Origin: a bacterium
GTDB taxonomy: Bacteria; RBG-13-61-14; DATKZS01
Direction: 5' to 3'
Assembly: GCA_963674965.2 (NCBI GenBank)
Contig: CAXXFL010000001.1
Span: forward strand, 256,001 to 320,000
Length of the DNA: 64,000 bases
Positions 38,341 to 47,913 of this stretch are shown here, piece by piece (the first letter of the stretch is position 1; each line of letters starts with the position of its first letter). The translations under genes and the position numbers were made by a program. The notes beneath the pieces were generated by a model, which saw only the letters and a program-made list of their open reading frames with translations, did no database searches and was not told where the DNA came from.

Positions 38341-38805
38341 CTAATTTTCCACCTCGACGATCAACTCGACCGCCACCGAGGCCCCGGCGGGCAGCTCGGC
38401 CATGCCCTGGGCCATGCGGGCGTGTTTGCCCTTTTCACCGAAAATCTCGACCAGGACCTCGCTGGCCCCGTTTATTACCCCGGGCTGGCCCGTAAAACCG
38501 GGCGCCGAATAAACGCTTCCCGTCAGCTTGACCACCCTTTTCACTTTATCAAGGTCCCCGAGAAGTTCCTTGAGGACGCTGACCGCGTTAAGCGTCGCCA
38601 GACGAGCGGCGTCCCTGGCTTTCTCCACCGAGACCTCCGAGTCGACCCGACCTTGACAGCGCGTCTCGTCGCCAAAGCGGGGCAGTTGCCCGGAAACGAA
38701 AACCAGTCCCCCCGCCTTGACCGCCGGGACGTAGGCCCCCATTGGAGACGGGGCGGGCGGCAGTTCTATCCCTTTTTCCTTAAGCCTCTTCTCGATTTCA
38801 GACAA
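38341..38805 (-). CDS. RidA/YjgF-family protein
   Basis: TTG start after AGGAGG; YVPA, VSGQLP, NGASE...FGE.GKHAR, VELIVEV. Confidence 0.92.
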   Translation of the reverse strand: MSEIEKRLKEKGIELPPAPSPMGAYVPAVKAGGLVFVSGQLPRFGDETRCQGRVDSEVSVEKARDAARLATLNAVSVLKELLGDLDKVKRVVKLTGSVYSAPGFTGQPGVINGASEVLVEIFGEKGKHARMAQGMAELPAGASVAVELIVEVEN

Positions 38806-38954
38806 TGGATAATCCCTCCTCGCGCCGGAAGGCAAGATAATGTAAATTATACAACGCAAGGACGGACCGCGCCAGAGGCGGATGAAAAGCTTCCTTCCAA
38901 CCCGACTTTGAGCGGAAGCCCCGGGGGCTCGTCTAACCATTACGAGAGTCGATC

Positions 38955-39575
38955 ATGGACAAAGACGAAAAAAGACTGATAAAGCGGGCCCTGGCGGGCG
39001 ACGAGGAAGCCCGCTCGGAGATGGTAAAGACGAACTGGGCCATGGCCCGCCGGGTCATCCTCAACGTCACCCGCCGCCCGGACCTGGTGGACGACCTCTG
39101 CCAGGAGGCGTTTCTCCAGGCCTTCAGAAAATTGGGCAAGTTCAGGGGCCACTCGAAATTCTCCACCTGGCTTTACCGCGTATGCGTCAACGTTTCGATC
39201 GACGCCCTCAAAAAGGAAGACGCGACGCGGAGGACCAGGGACGCCGCCCTCGAGCTTGGCGATCTTCCCGACGTCATTATCGTCAAGCCGCCCAGAAGCG
39301 GTGAAAGACTTCTGCTCGACAAGGAGATGCAGGCGCGGGTATCGAGGGCCATACTGAACATTTCAGCCAAGTCCCGCGCCATTCTTTCCCTCCGCTACGT
39401 CGAGGAACTTTCCACGCCGGAGATATCCAGGATGCTGGACATCCCCGAGGGCACGGCGCGCTCGAGGCTATACTACGCGAGACTCGAGCTGGCCGACGCC
39501 TTGTCCGACTACATCGGGCCGGGCGAGGCGTCCGCCTTGAAAAGGGGTAAGAAAGATGCTCGGAAAGAAACCTGA
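38955..39575 (+). CDS. ECF RNA polymerase sigma factor
   Basis: Region 2 DLCQEAFLQAF...FSTWLYRV; region 4 EISRMLDIPEGTARSRLYYAR. Confidence 0.92.
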   Translation: MDKDEKRLIKRALAGDEEARSEMVKTNWAMARRVILNVTRRPDLVDDLCQEAFLQAFRKLGKFRGHSKFSTWLYRVCVNVSIDALKKEDATRRTRDAALELGDLPDVIIVKPPRSGERLLLDKEMQARVSRAILNISAKSRAILSLRYVEELSTPEISRMLDIPEGTARSRLYYARLELADALSDYIGPGEASALKRGKKDARKET

Positions 39576-40038
39576 AGACGAGGCCCTGGAGCTTGTCCGG
39601 TCGTATCTGGACGGGGACCTGGGACTCGAGGGAATGGACGGACTTGAAAAAGTCCTCGAGCGAAGGCCGGAGCTTGCCGTGGACCTGGCCCGTCTCGAGA
39701 TGGCCCTGTCCGTTTTTTCTTCAACATCTCCGGCCGGCGGAAACTTCGAGCCGCCTCCGGGCCTGGCGCGCAAAATCGCGAGCGAGTCTTTGGCCGCGCC
39801 TTCCCCTCGCCGCTTTTGGCGGACGGCGGCGGCGGGCATAGCCGCGGCGGCCCTGGTCCTGGCCGCGATTTGGGGCTTCTCGGGTCATCGGAAAAACTCG
39901 GGTCCGAAGGAAATGAACGAGATAAGGCTGGGTACTATCCACTACAGCGGCCCGGGAGTCGAGCTTCTTCTCCAGGAGGACCAGTTCATTCTCCACAGCG
40001 ACGGCGCGGGGAAACGGGGCATTGACCTTAAACTCTAA
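39556..40038 (+). CDS. Putative transmembrane anti-sigma factor
   Basis: Overlaps the sigma gene; SYLDGDL anti-sigma-like N-terminus without HxxxCxxC; single TM. Confidence 0.65.
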   Translation: MLGKKPEDEALELVRSYLDGDLGLEGMDGLEKVLERRPELAVDLARLEMALSVFSSTSPAGGNFEPPPGLARKIASESLAAPSPRRFWRTAAAGIAAAALVLAAIWGFSGHRKNSGPKEMNEIRLGTIHYSGPGVELLLQEDQFILHSDGAGKRGIDLKL

Positions 40039-40996
40039 ATATCCGCTCGCCTTGCTGGCGACGCTTATAATTCCCACGCTGATTTTCGCCGGCCAGGCGC
40101 CGAGCGTGATGCAAAGGGGAGGGCTCGTTATCGAGCGCGGCCGGACCGTTAAGGACGCGGTCGTCGCCGACGGCGACCTGGCCGTGAGGGGCCGGGTCGA
40201 GGGGTCCGTATTCGTTGTCAACGGCGACGCGCTGATCGAGGACGACGGAACGGTTGGCGGCAACGTCACGGTGGTGGGTGGTAACGTTTCCCTTTCCCAG
40301 CGCGCCGCGGTGCAAGGATCGGTAACGGTCTTTTCCGGCTTGGCTCGGGTGGAGGGCGAGGCTCGGGTGCTGGGCGATACGCGGTCCATCGAGGACCTCT
40401 CGACGCTTACCGACGAGAAGCTCTCCGTAATAAGCGAGTATCTTATATTCGAGCGGGTGACGCCTGCCGGCGATTTTCCATTTTCCGAGCTTAGTGAAAT
40501 GGACCTTTCACGCTGCGGGCTAAGGCCAGCGGGCACGGACGTTCCCCGTAAGCTTGACCTTTACAGGCTGGGCAAAGTCTTACCGCCCGAGGACTCGATA
40601 AAGGAGGCTCGGGAATTGGAGTTTCGGGCTAAAAATATCCGGGTCAAAGTCCTGGCTATTAAAGTCGCCGGCCAGGCTGAAGCGGAAGAGGTATGGGAGA
40701 GTATCCGGGAGGGCCGGGAGGAAAAGGCGACGAACTCGGTTCACAACTCCCTCGGGGACGGCGCCCACTGGTTTTTCAGGTCCAAGGGATCGTGCGTTGG
40801 GGCCTGGACGCGGGGCGAGTATATTTTCGTCGTCATCGCCCGTCACGACAAGGAGAACCTGAAAGAGGAGGAATGGAAAGACCTGGAGCTTATTCGGGAC
40901 GCCGCGGTCATGGAGCTAAAGCGGGGTCTTTTGGCCAAAGAAGCTCTGGTCCGGACAACGGAAGAGATGGGCGTCCGGCCATCTCAGACGCCATAA
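40022..40996 (+). CDS. Exported protein with bactofilin-like (polymer-forming) beta-helix N-terminal domain
   Basis: Signal peptide; repeats GDLAVRGRVEGSVFVVNGD...VGGNVTVVGG. Confidence 0.65.
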   Translation: MTLNSKYPLALLATLIIPTLIFAGQAPSVMQRGGLVIERGRTVKDAVVADGDLAVRGRVEGSVFVVNGDALIEDDGTVGGNVTVVGGNVSLSQRAAVQGSVTVFSGLARVEGEARVLGDTRSIEDLSTLTDEKLSVISEYLIFERVTPAGDFPFSELSEMDLSRCGLRPAGTDVPRKLDLYRLGKVLPPEDSIKEARELEFRAKNIRVKVLAIKVAGQAEAEEVWESIREGREEKATNSVHNSLGDGAHWFFRSKGSCVGAWTRGEYIFVVIARHDKENLKEEEWKDLELIRDAAVMELKRGLLAKEALVRTTEEMGVRPSQTP

Positions 40997-41023
40997 TAAC
41001 GTTCTCGCAAGGAGGAGAAGCGA

Positions 41024-41824
41024 ATGAAGCGAGCCGCGATAATGACGCTGGTTCTTACGGTACTGGGGTTGGCCTTGGCCGCCGGGGCCGCTGAGAGGAA
41101 CGATCTTATAGCTCTTGACTCGTCCATGTTCACGGAGCCGAAAGTCACCTTGACGGGGTTCGGCCTTAACGAGCCCGAGCCGTCGATGCCGAAAACCGGC
41201 GGCAACTGGGGAGGTTTCGGGGGGCCTATGGTCGCCTATCTGGACGTGGACCTTTCATGTTTCGATCCGGTTTCGGAATACCCGGGAACGGAGGGCCTCA
41301 AGGACGGCATGGCCCTGGTGGGGGGCTTTGGCGGCGCGGTCTATAAGAATTTCAAGTTCGGCGGCTTTGGCTTTGGCGGCAATACGGCCGTCAGTGGGGC
41401 GGGGCTCAACTCCAACCGTGAGGTCCTCTTGACCATTGGCGGCGGCGGCGTTTTCCTGGAGTACGATTATCCGGTCTCCGGCCGGCTCGGGGTCCTGGCG
41501 GGAGCCTGGCTCGGCGCGGGCAGGCTGTCCTTGAACGTTAAGGGACTGGACTCGCCTCCCATCGATTCGCGCGTGGCGAAATGGACGGCCAATGGTCCCT
41601 TTTTTATGGCGGAGCCCTACTTGGGGGGGCGGTTTAATTTCACGGACTGGTTCTGGCTCCAGTTGGACCTGGGCTATCTATACCTCGACCTGGATTCATC
41701 GGACTTCACTAATTACGGACTGGGCATGGACATGGCCGACGACGACGTTAACGGGGCTTTCCAGGCGACCTTGAAAATCGTATACGGTTTCGACCCGAGG
41801 TCCTCCAAGAAGTCGTCCTGGTAA
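41024..41824 (+). CDS. Putative outer-membrane beta-barrel protein
   Basis: AGGAGG RBS; signal peptide; Gly/aromatic-rich amphipathic strands (WGGFGGP, FFMAEP, LDLGY). Confidence 0.65.
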   Translation: MKRAAIMTLVLTVLGLALAAGAAERNDLIALDSSMFTEPKVTLTGFGLNEPEPSMPKTGGNWGGFGGPMVAYLDVDLSCFDPVSEYPGTEGLKDGMALVGGFGGAVYKNFKFGGFGFGGNTAVSGAGLNSNREVLLTIGGGGVFLEYDYPVSGRLGVLAGAWLGAGRLSLNVKGLDSPPIDSRVAKWTANGPFFMAEPYLGGRFNFTDWFWLQLDLGYLYLDLDSSDFTNYGLGMDMADDDVNGAFQATLKIVYGFDPRSSKKSSW

Positions 41825-41934
41825 AGGCCCCAACTCTATAACCGGGTTTCTTCGGCGCCATGGCGCCGGGCCGCCTTGTAATTTTAGCCAAGCGACGCTG
41901 GGCGGTCCCTATCATCACCCCTCTCCCAAACGCG

Positions 41935-41959
41935 GCGGGCGGCCACAAAGGCCGCCCGC
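41935..41959. terminator. GC-rich hairpin between the convergent OMP and efp genes
   Basis: GCGGGCGGCC-ACAAA-GGCCGCCCGC; no strong U tract. Confidence 0.5.
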
Positions 41960-41984
41960 GACAATTTTCACCGCGTTTAAACGG

Positions 41985-42545
41985 TCAGTTAACTCTTTCC
42001 ACGTACTCGCCCGTTCGCGTGTCGATCCTTAGCAGTTCCCCCTCGGTGATAAAGAGCGGCACCTGTATGGTTTTGCCGGTCTCGAGGGTCGCGGGCTTGG
42101 TGGCTCCCGAGGCCGTGTCTCCCTTTACTCCCGGCTCGGTATGGGCCACTTTAAGCTCGACGAATATGGGGAGGTCCACGCCGATGGGATGATCGTTATG
42201 GTACATGACCTTGACGATGATGTTCTCCTGCAGATAGTCCGCGCTCTCGCCCAGCTTGTCCCTGGTTATCATCACCTGGTCGTAGGTGTTCTGGTCCATG
42301 AGATGGTATTCCTCACCCTCGGAGTAAAGGTATTGCATCTCTTTAAGCTCGAGGTTGGGGGTGTCCACCTTGTCGCCCGACCGGAAATTGATGTCCCGCA
42401 CGTTGCCGCTTATGAGGCTCTTGATCCTGGTCTTGACGAAAGCCGCTCCCTTTCCGGGCTTCACGTGCTGGCACTCGACGATGACGAAGGGCTCTCCCTC
42501 CATCTCGATCTTCAATCCTTTTCTAAAGTCACTCGTGGTATACAT
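41985..42545 (-). CDS. efp: Elongation factor P
   Basis: HVKPGKGAAFVKT, TEPGVKGDT, KPATLETG, VPLFI, DTRTGEY. Confidence 0.98.
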   Translation of the reverse strand: MYTTSDFRKGLKIEMEGEPFVIVECQHVKPGKGAAFVKTRIKSLISGNVRDINFRSGDKVDTPNLELKEMQYLYSEGEEYHLMDQNTYDQVMITRDKLGESADYLQENIIVKVMYHNDHPIGVDLPIFVELKVAHTEPGVKGDTASGATKPATLETGKTIQVPLFITEGELLRIDTRTGEYVERVN

Positions 42546-42601
42546 TTTTCTCTCCAAGCCAAGAAGATACGCTCGAGCGGCGTTAATGAACGCGAATTAT
42601 A

Positions 42602-43681
42602 TCATACTTCCCGGAGATTTCCCCCCGAGTCGGTAAGAAGCCTGTATCCGTTCCCGGTAATCAGCGCCATGTCCTCGATCCTGACCCCGCCCCAACCCGG
42701 GATATAAACGCCCGGCTCGACGGTCACCACGTTGCCCTCCTCGAGGACGTCCCTGGTCCGGGGATTCAAGGTGGGGCCCTCGTGGGTCTCGAGGCCAACG
42801 CCGTGGCCAAGGCCGTGCCCGAAATACTGGCCGAAACCGGCCGCGGCGATGATGTCCCGAGCGGTCTTGTCCACGTCGCTGGCCTTGACGCCGGGAGCAA
42901 GCTTCTCGATCGCCGCGTCGTGGGCCTCTCGGACCACGTTATAAACCTCCCGCTGGCGGGCGTTGGGTTTGCCCAGGCAGAAGGTCACGGTCTGGTCCGA
43001 CTGGTAGCCATTATAAATACCGCCGTAGTCGACCGTTACCAGGTCGCCCTTTTTCATTTTCCTGTCCGAGGCCACCCCGTGGGGAAGGGCGCCTCGCGGC
43101 CCGGAGGCCACGATGGTTGGAAACGGCGCCGGACCGCTACCCAGTTCCCGGAGCCTGGTTTCCAGGAGAAAGGCGAAATCAGACTCCTTCATGCCCGGCT
43201 TGGCCGATCCCATTACCTGGGCGAGCCCGTCGCGGGCCAGGGAGGCCGCCTTGCCGATAAGCCGAGCCTCATCCTCGTCCTTTTTCCGACGGAGTTCCTG
43301 GACGAAGCGGCCGGCTTTCACGAGCTTTATACCGCCGGTTTTTTTGCGCAGGGCTAAAAAGGACTCGTGACTCATCCCCCATGGCTCGAAGGCCAGGCGC
43401 CCGATCTTCAAGGCGACCGCCTTTTTAATAAGGTCGTCGGGGGTTCGGGTGATGGGTACCACCGTGACGCCGCCGCATTCCTTTTTTGCTTGCAGCGCGT
43501 ACCTGGAGTCGACGAAGACGTATTGCCCCCGCCCGGTCACGAGCATCATGGCCGTCGAGCCGGTGAAACCGGACAGGTAACGCAAGTTGGCCAGGTCCGT
43601 GACCATCATGGCGTCGGCGGGAAGGGCCAGGACCTTCTTGCGAAGGGCCTTTATCCTGGCGCCGGCTTTTGGTTTACTCAC
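42602..43681 (-). CDS. Xaa-Pro aminopeptidase (M24B)
   Basis: YLSGFTGS, DSRY, ALPHG, HGLGHGVGLETHE, TVEPG, GVRIED. Confidence 0.95.
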   Translation of the reverse strand: MSKPKAGARIKALRKKVLALPADAMMVTDLANLRYLSGFTGSTAMMLVTGRGQYVFVDSRYALQAKKECGGVTVVPITRTPDDLIKKAVALKIGRLAFEPWGMSHESFLALRKKTGGIKLVKAGRFVQELRRKKDEDEARLIGKAASLARDGLAQVMGSAKPGMKESDFAFLLETRLRELGSGPAPFPTIVASGPRGALPHGVASDRKMKKGDLVTVDYGGIYNGYQSDQTVTFCLGKPNARQREVYNVVREAHDAAIEKLAPGVKASDVDKTARDIIAAAGFGQYFGHGLGHGVGLETHEGPTLNPRTRDVLEEGNVVTVEPGVYIPGWGGVRIEDMALITGNGYRLLTDSGGNLREV

Positions 43682-44552
43682 CCGCCACTCCCCTGAACTT
43701 CAGGTCAATAATGTATTTCTTTTTCGGCTCGGTAATGCATTCGCCTTTTTCATCCACCAACTCGGCCATGCAGGTGGCCACGATGAAGTGGTTTTCCGAG
43801 CCGTCAAGCTGATGGAGGTATTGAATCGCGTCCTGGACCGCCCGGTCCGGATATACGTGTAAAAGCTCCCAGTAAAAATGCTCCTCACCGTAAGGCTCGA
43901 CAACGTACGAGTCGGAAAGGCTCTTGCCGGGGGTGAGGTTTCCAGGGACCGGATGGTGAAGAAAGACCCCCGTTACCTCCGAAGAGTCGGAGATGGCCTT
44001 CTTCTTATAGACCGAGGTCAGGCCCGGGTTTAATATCTCGTCGCGGAGCGAGAGTATCTTTATGATTTTCTTCAGGTTTCCGTCCTTGTAATCGATGAGT
44101 TTCCCCGCCCTTATAAGTGGCAGGTAAACCAGCTTCTGATAGATATCCATGGGGAGAGTATCGAGGAATTTAAGAAGCGGCCGGTCGCCGTTTTCCTCCA
44201 GTAACAACTCGTGCCTGCGTTTAATCCTGGTGGGCTGGTCCCTGAAGAATTCCTTGAGTGCTTTTTGCTCCATGTATTCCTCGAGGGTGAGCATGGTTTC
44301 CTCGGGAGGGACCATCATGGCAGTTTGGTGGGCGTAGTACCCCAGGTAAGCCTCGAAGGCGGCGGTGGAAAGAAGGACCGAATCCACGCGGCGCTCGAGT
44401 AGTTGGGTAAAGTCATCCCGGTCGTCAATCTTGATGACCTGTCCTTCACGGGGGCACTTCATGAGCCTTTCCTCGAAGGCCCGCTCGGACTTCTGGGCCA
44501 TGGCCAGCAACCGGACCGGAAGGTAATCGGTCATCCAGGTAATTTCTTTCAT
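43674..44552 (-). CDS. Hypothetical protein (possible degenerate HEPN-like helical fold)
   Basis: GGAG RBS; AAFEAYL and LRDEILNP segments; overlaps the peptidase start by 8 nt. Confidence 0.7.
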   Translation of the reverse strand: MKEITWMTDYLPVRLLAMAQKSERAFEERLMKCPREGQVIKIDDRDDFTQLLERRVDSVLLSTAAFEAYLGYYAHQTAMMVPPEETMLTLEEYMEQKALKEFFRDQPTRIKRRHELLLEENGDRPLLKFLDTLPMDIYQKLVYLPLIRAGKLIDYKDGNLKKIIKILSLRDEILNPGLTSVYKKKAISDSSEVTGVFLHHPVPGNLTPGKSLSDSYVVEPYGEEHFYWELLHVYPDRAVQDAIQYLHQLDGSENHFIVATCMAELVDEKGECITEPKKKYIIDLKFRGVAGE

Positions 44553-44601
44553 TTTTCACTCCCTTAACTATTGGCGGGTAAAACTTCCAGACCCTGTTCC
44601 G

Positions 44602-44630
44602 ACGTTATAAGCCGATTTAAAGCATGTCAA
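44602..44630 (-). promoter_or_regulatory. Putative sigma70 promoter for the hypothetical-pepP-efp genes
   Basis: TTGACA-17 bp-TAACGT. Confidence 0.5.
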
Positions 44631-44692
44631 GTCGATAAGGACCTAAATTAGCGAGCGGGTTCGATTTTCGCGGTCTAACTGATTTATAAAGC

Positions 44693-44717
44693 AAAAAGCC
44701 CGGCGAAAGGGCCGGGC
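44693..44717 (-). terminator. Rho-independent terminator of rpmB
   Basis: Minus strand GCCCGGC-CCTTTC-GCCGGGC-TTTTT, 22 nt after the stop. Confidence 0.85.
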
Positions 44718-44739
44718 AATGTCGTCCCAATCAACCGAT

Positions 44740-44931
44740 TCAGATGGCTTTTTTGACTTTGCCCGCCCTGATGCAGCGAGTGCACACCCTCATGCGCTTG
44801 GGACCCTTTTCGGTCATGACCCTGACGCGCTGAATGTTAGGATAAGATTTCTTCTTGGTCCGATTATGGGCGTGACTTACGTTCATGCCCACTAATATGC
44901 CTTTACCGCAAATGTCACATACGCGACTCAT
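44740..44931 (-). CDS. rpmB: 50S ribosomal protein L28 (Zn-ribbon form)
   Basis: [10 protein letters not shown]...VSHAHNRTK...PNIQ...[11 protein letters not shown]. Confidence 0.98.
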   Translation of the reverse strand: MSRVCDICGKGILVGMNVSHAHNRTKKKSYPNIQRVRVMTEKGPKRMRVCTRCIRAGKVKKAI

Positions 44932-44960
44932 TCCCAGTCCTCCTCAGTCAGATGCATTAA

Positions 44961-44989
44961 ATGGTACATTAGCTTTCCGGGGAAGTCAA
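44961..44989 (-). promoter_or_regulatory. Sigma70 promoter of rpmB
   Basis: TTGACT-17 bp-TACCAT. Confidence 0.65.
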
Positions 44990-45025
44990 ACCGTGAAATT
45001 CCCCGGATAGGGCGCTAAAAGGACC

Positions 45026-45310
45026 TTACTTTTCTGGGCGGTCTTTCCAGTTCCACCACTTTAAAAGCTCAGGGTCGCGCTCCTCGTTCTCGGCGAAATA
45101 CACGGCGCACCGGAAAACGTAAAGAACGCATCGGTCTATATGCCCGCCCCTTATCCGGCAAAGCTTTTGGTAGAGCTTTTCCGGGTCCTTTCCCTCAAGG
45201 GATTTGACCGATTTTACGCCCAGGTCGAAAAGGTCCCGCGAGATGGAAGGACCAACTCCCGGGATGGTCATTAAATCCTTGATAGCCTCTTTTTCCGAGA
45301 GTTTCGCCAT
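45026..45310 (-). CDS. Helix-hairpin-helix protein (Cdd1/pathogenicity-locus family)
   Basis: IPGVGPSI, DPEKLY..LC, DRCVLYVFRCAVY, KWWNWK. Confidence 0.88.
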   Translation of the reverse strand: MAKLSEKEAIKDLMTIPGVGPSISRDLFDLGVKSVKSLEGKDPEKLYQKLCRIRGGHIDRCVLYVFRCAVYFAENEERDPELLKWWNWKDRPEK

Positions 45311-45329
45311 TTAGCCTCCTACGCCCGCG

Positions 45330-45905
45330 TCAAGGACAAGGCACGGGCACGACCTCATCGAGCGGACCCTCGAGCTTGAGGGCCCAGAAGTCGGGAAGAG
45401 GAAAGAATATCGGCCCAGCCTTGAAGACCTCCCATCCCAACAAAAGCGAGTTGTCGCCGGCGTTTACCGCCACCAGCGGGCAATAACCCAGGCCGGCCAC
45501 GTCGTACCAGGGGTTGCCCGCCTCGATGTAGTCCAGGTAGTTCTCGCCCGACCAGCCGCCGGGGAACTTGAGACCCTTGGCCGAGCGGACGCGGTAATGG
45601 CCGAATGATATGGGCTTGCCCCTCGAGTCGGTTTTGGGCGTGCCCGGACCGTCCCAGCCGGTCTGCTCCATGCGGACGTTCCATCCCCTGGTCTCGCCCA
45701 GCTTCTCGTCGTAATAAAAAGTCTTGCGAAAGGTCTTCCATAAAATGGCGTTGGCTATCTTGGGCAGGCTGAGGTCCACTCCCAGGTACATGTTCCCGGC
45801 CAGGGCCTCCACGTCCAGAGGGTTGGCCGCAAACACGATCCTTCTTCTCGCCGCGTTGTCCATTTTTAAAAGGTCCTCAAGGGTGATCTTGTCCTTGTCC
45901 GCCAT
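45330..45905 (-). CDS. Hypothetical protein
   Basis: GAGGAG RBS; WKTFRKTF, GWNVRMEQ, FGHY motifs; host codon usage. Confidence 0.78.
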   Translation of the reverse strand: MADKDKITLEDLLKMDNAARRRIVFAANPLDVEALAGNMYLGVDLSLPKIANAILWKTFRKTFYYDEKLGETRGWNVRMEQTGWDGPGTPKTDSRGKPISFGHYRVRSAKGLKFPGGWSGENYLDYIEAGNPWYDVAGLGYCPLVAVNAGDNSLLLGWEVFKAGPIFFPLPDFWALKLEGPLDEVVPVPCP

Positions 45906-45952
45906 GATACTCCTCTCTTTCTTTAAACCCGGCGCGTTTGCCGGCGTGAGTT

Positions 45953-46945
45953 TTACTTTCCATGCGGCTCCAGGGGACCTTCATCAACCGGCATGGACGC
46001 GGGCGTGGGGTATCCCATCAGCTCGCTCACCGTTACCAGCTCGAAACCCCCGGCGCGAAGGCCGTCGATAATTTCCGGCAGCGCCTCCGCCGTGTTCCAG
46101 CCGCGGCCGTTAATGTGGAAGATAATGATCGAGCCGTTTTGGGCCTTATTCAATACTTCCCTCGCCATGGGTTTGGCCTTCACGCTTTTGGAAGGGTCTC
46201 CTGAAACGACGTCCCATTGGATAGGATATACGCCCATCTCGGCCGCAACCGCGAGGGATTTGTCATCGTAATATCCGTAAGGAAACCTGAACGTTATGCC
46301 CTGACGCCCGGTCATGCGCCATTGGACGTCCTGGGTCCTCTTGATCTCCTCCCTGACCCGCGCCTCGGATATCTTGGTGAAGTCGGGATGGATATAGGAG
46401 TGGTTGGCTATCTCGATGTTCGGGTTTTGCCCTATCATAACCGTCTGCTCGGGATGGCTCTCCATCCATTTGCCGCCAAGGAAAATGGTCGCCTTCGCGT
46501 CCTTTGCCACCAGGATATCCCATATCTTCTGGTCCCACCTGGCCGGCTTGGCCGTTTCGCAGGCGTCGAAAGTGATGGCCACCCGGGCCTTGTCGCGAGG
46601 CCCGTTGAACACGAGTCCCTTTTCCACCGGCGGCAAAACGGGCGCTTCATCCTTTGAAAAGACCTCGGTTTCCCGGGGAGGCTGACTTGTCGAGTTGCCC
46701 TTGGCCATGCCCTCGGGCGTTGCCAGGAGGGTCGATCCCAACTCAGGGGAAGGGGAATTTTCGGACCCTTCGACTCCGGAAGAAACCGACTTTTCATCGT
46801 TTCCCCGGGTGATTTCGGTTGGGGACGTCTCATGGGCGCCCGGCGCGGCCTCGGGCGTCTTTCCGACGTGGTCGTCTTGCCCGCGGCAGCAAAGGAAAAT
46901 CGAGCCCCATAAAATCGCGATCGTCATTAGAGCGGTTTTCATCAT
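45953..46945 (-). CDS. Polysaccharide deacetylase (CE4/NodB), putative lipoprotein
   Basis: AITFDAC, ANHSYIHPD, FRFPYG, WDVVSGD, GSIIIFH. Confidence 0.92.
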   Translation of the reverse strand: MMKTALMTIAILWGSIFLCCRGQDDHVGKTPEAAPGAHETSPTEITRGNDEKSVSSGVEGSENSPSPELGSTLLATPEGMAKGNSTSQPPRETEVFSKDEAPVLPPVEKGLVFNGPRDKARVAITFDACETAKPARWDQKIWDILVAKDAKATIFLGGKWMESHPEQTVMIGQNPNIEIANHSYIHPDFTKISEARVREEIKRTQDVQWRMTGRQGITFRFPYGYYDDKSLAVAAEMGVYPIQWDVVSGDPSKSVKAKPMAREVLNKAQNGSIIIFHINGRGWNTAEALPEIIDGLRAGGFELVTVSELMGYPTPASMPVDEGPLEPHGK

Positions 46946-47110
46946 GTTCGGCCTTTCAAGATAAGAGCGTGGTTAAATGACGTCAACATAAAAGTTATTG
47001 TACCGCAACTCGATTATAAAGGCCATGGCGCGGCCTGGCCCGCTTGATAGGTTAATTGGCAATTGATAAGATTGTGTTGCCAGGTGAGCATCTTGCAAAA
47101 GTTCCGCTTT

Positions 47111-47228
47111 GGAATGCGGCGGCTCGACGCCGCTTTTCTTCCGAGCGGCTTGACGCGAGGCAAGCCGCTATATTGTTTGGCCTTGTCAAGCCAAGGCCAT
47201 AGAAAGCGGTCTCAAGCGACCGCACTCC
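47111..47228. repeat. REPIN-like element (GGAGTGCGG...CCGCACTCC type)
   Basis: GGAATGCGGCGGCTCGACGCCGCTTT inverted to AAAGCGGTCTCAAGCGACCGCACTCC, with internal hairpins. Confidence 0.7.
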
Positions 47229-47283
47229 TAAGCTGGACTTTTGTAAGAAGCTCAGGTATAGAGCTTTTTTCGGGAATAAAAAG

Positions 47284-47913
47284 ATGAGCGTCGATGAAAA
47301 CGACATAAAGCAAAAGGGACCCGGGGTCGACAAGGCTCAACTGGTGGCTTTCGTCGATTTTCAGATAAGCCACGGCCGGGAAAAACGGACGGTCGTCGCC
47401 AGGCTGATCGAGAAGGGTCTAAGTCGCGCGGAGGCGGAGGCGTTTTTCGATGACGTGCTCCTGCGCATGGAGGCCGACGCGGCGAGAAGCGCCTTTAGCG
47501 CGGCGACGGTCTTCGCCTTTTTCCTTGGCGGCATGATTGGAGCGGTGATCGGGGTTGGGGTCTGGCTGTTTCTTGAATTCCTTTTTCCCGACGCGGTATG
47601 GTCCGGCCCCGCCGGGGTGGTCTCGGTCGGCGTTGGCGTTTGCGTGGGCGCCATGGTGGCGGCCCCTGGCGCGGGAGGAGTCGTATATCAGTCCGCCGCC
47701 GCCCTTGCCGCCTTGATCGGCGTGGGGGTGGGCGAGTTTCTTACCGGCGACTTCGGTCTTTGCAAAGGGTCCTTTAATGACCACTACGGCTCGGGCGGCT
47801 ACGATTGGACATGCGTGTTACTTAATCTGCCCGGCCGGATGTTCGAGCACGCCCTCTGGATCGGATTGGCGCTTTTATTGTGCGTCGTCCTGACCAGGAA
47901 AAGGACTCGTTAA
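47284..47913 (+). CDS. Hypothetical membrane protein
   Basis: Soluble N-terminal helical segment, then about four Gly-rich TM helices. Confidence 0.7.
   Translation: MSVDENDIKQKGPGVDKAQLVAFVDFQISHGREKRTVVARLIEKGLSRAEAEAFFDDVLLRMEADAARSAFSAATVFAFFLGGMIGAVIGVGVWLFLEFLFPDAVWSGPAGVVSVGVGVCVGAMVAAPGAGGVVYQSAAALAALIGVGVGEFLTGDFGLCKGSFNDHYGSGGYDWTCVLLNLPGRMFEHALWIGLALLLCVVLTRKRTR

Noticed and set aside
44650..44680. GGTTCGATT T-loop-like sequence
   Set aside because: No cloverleaf or acceptor stem; not a tRNA
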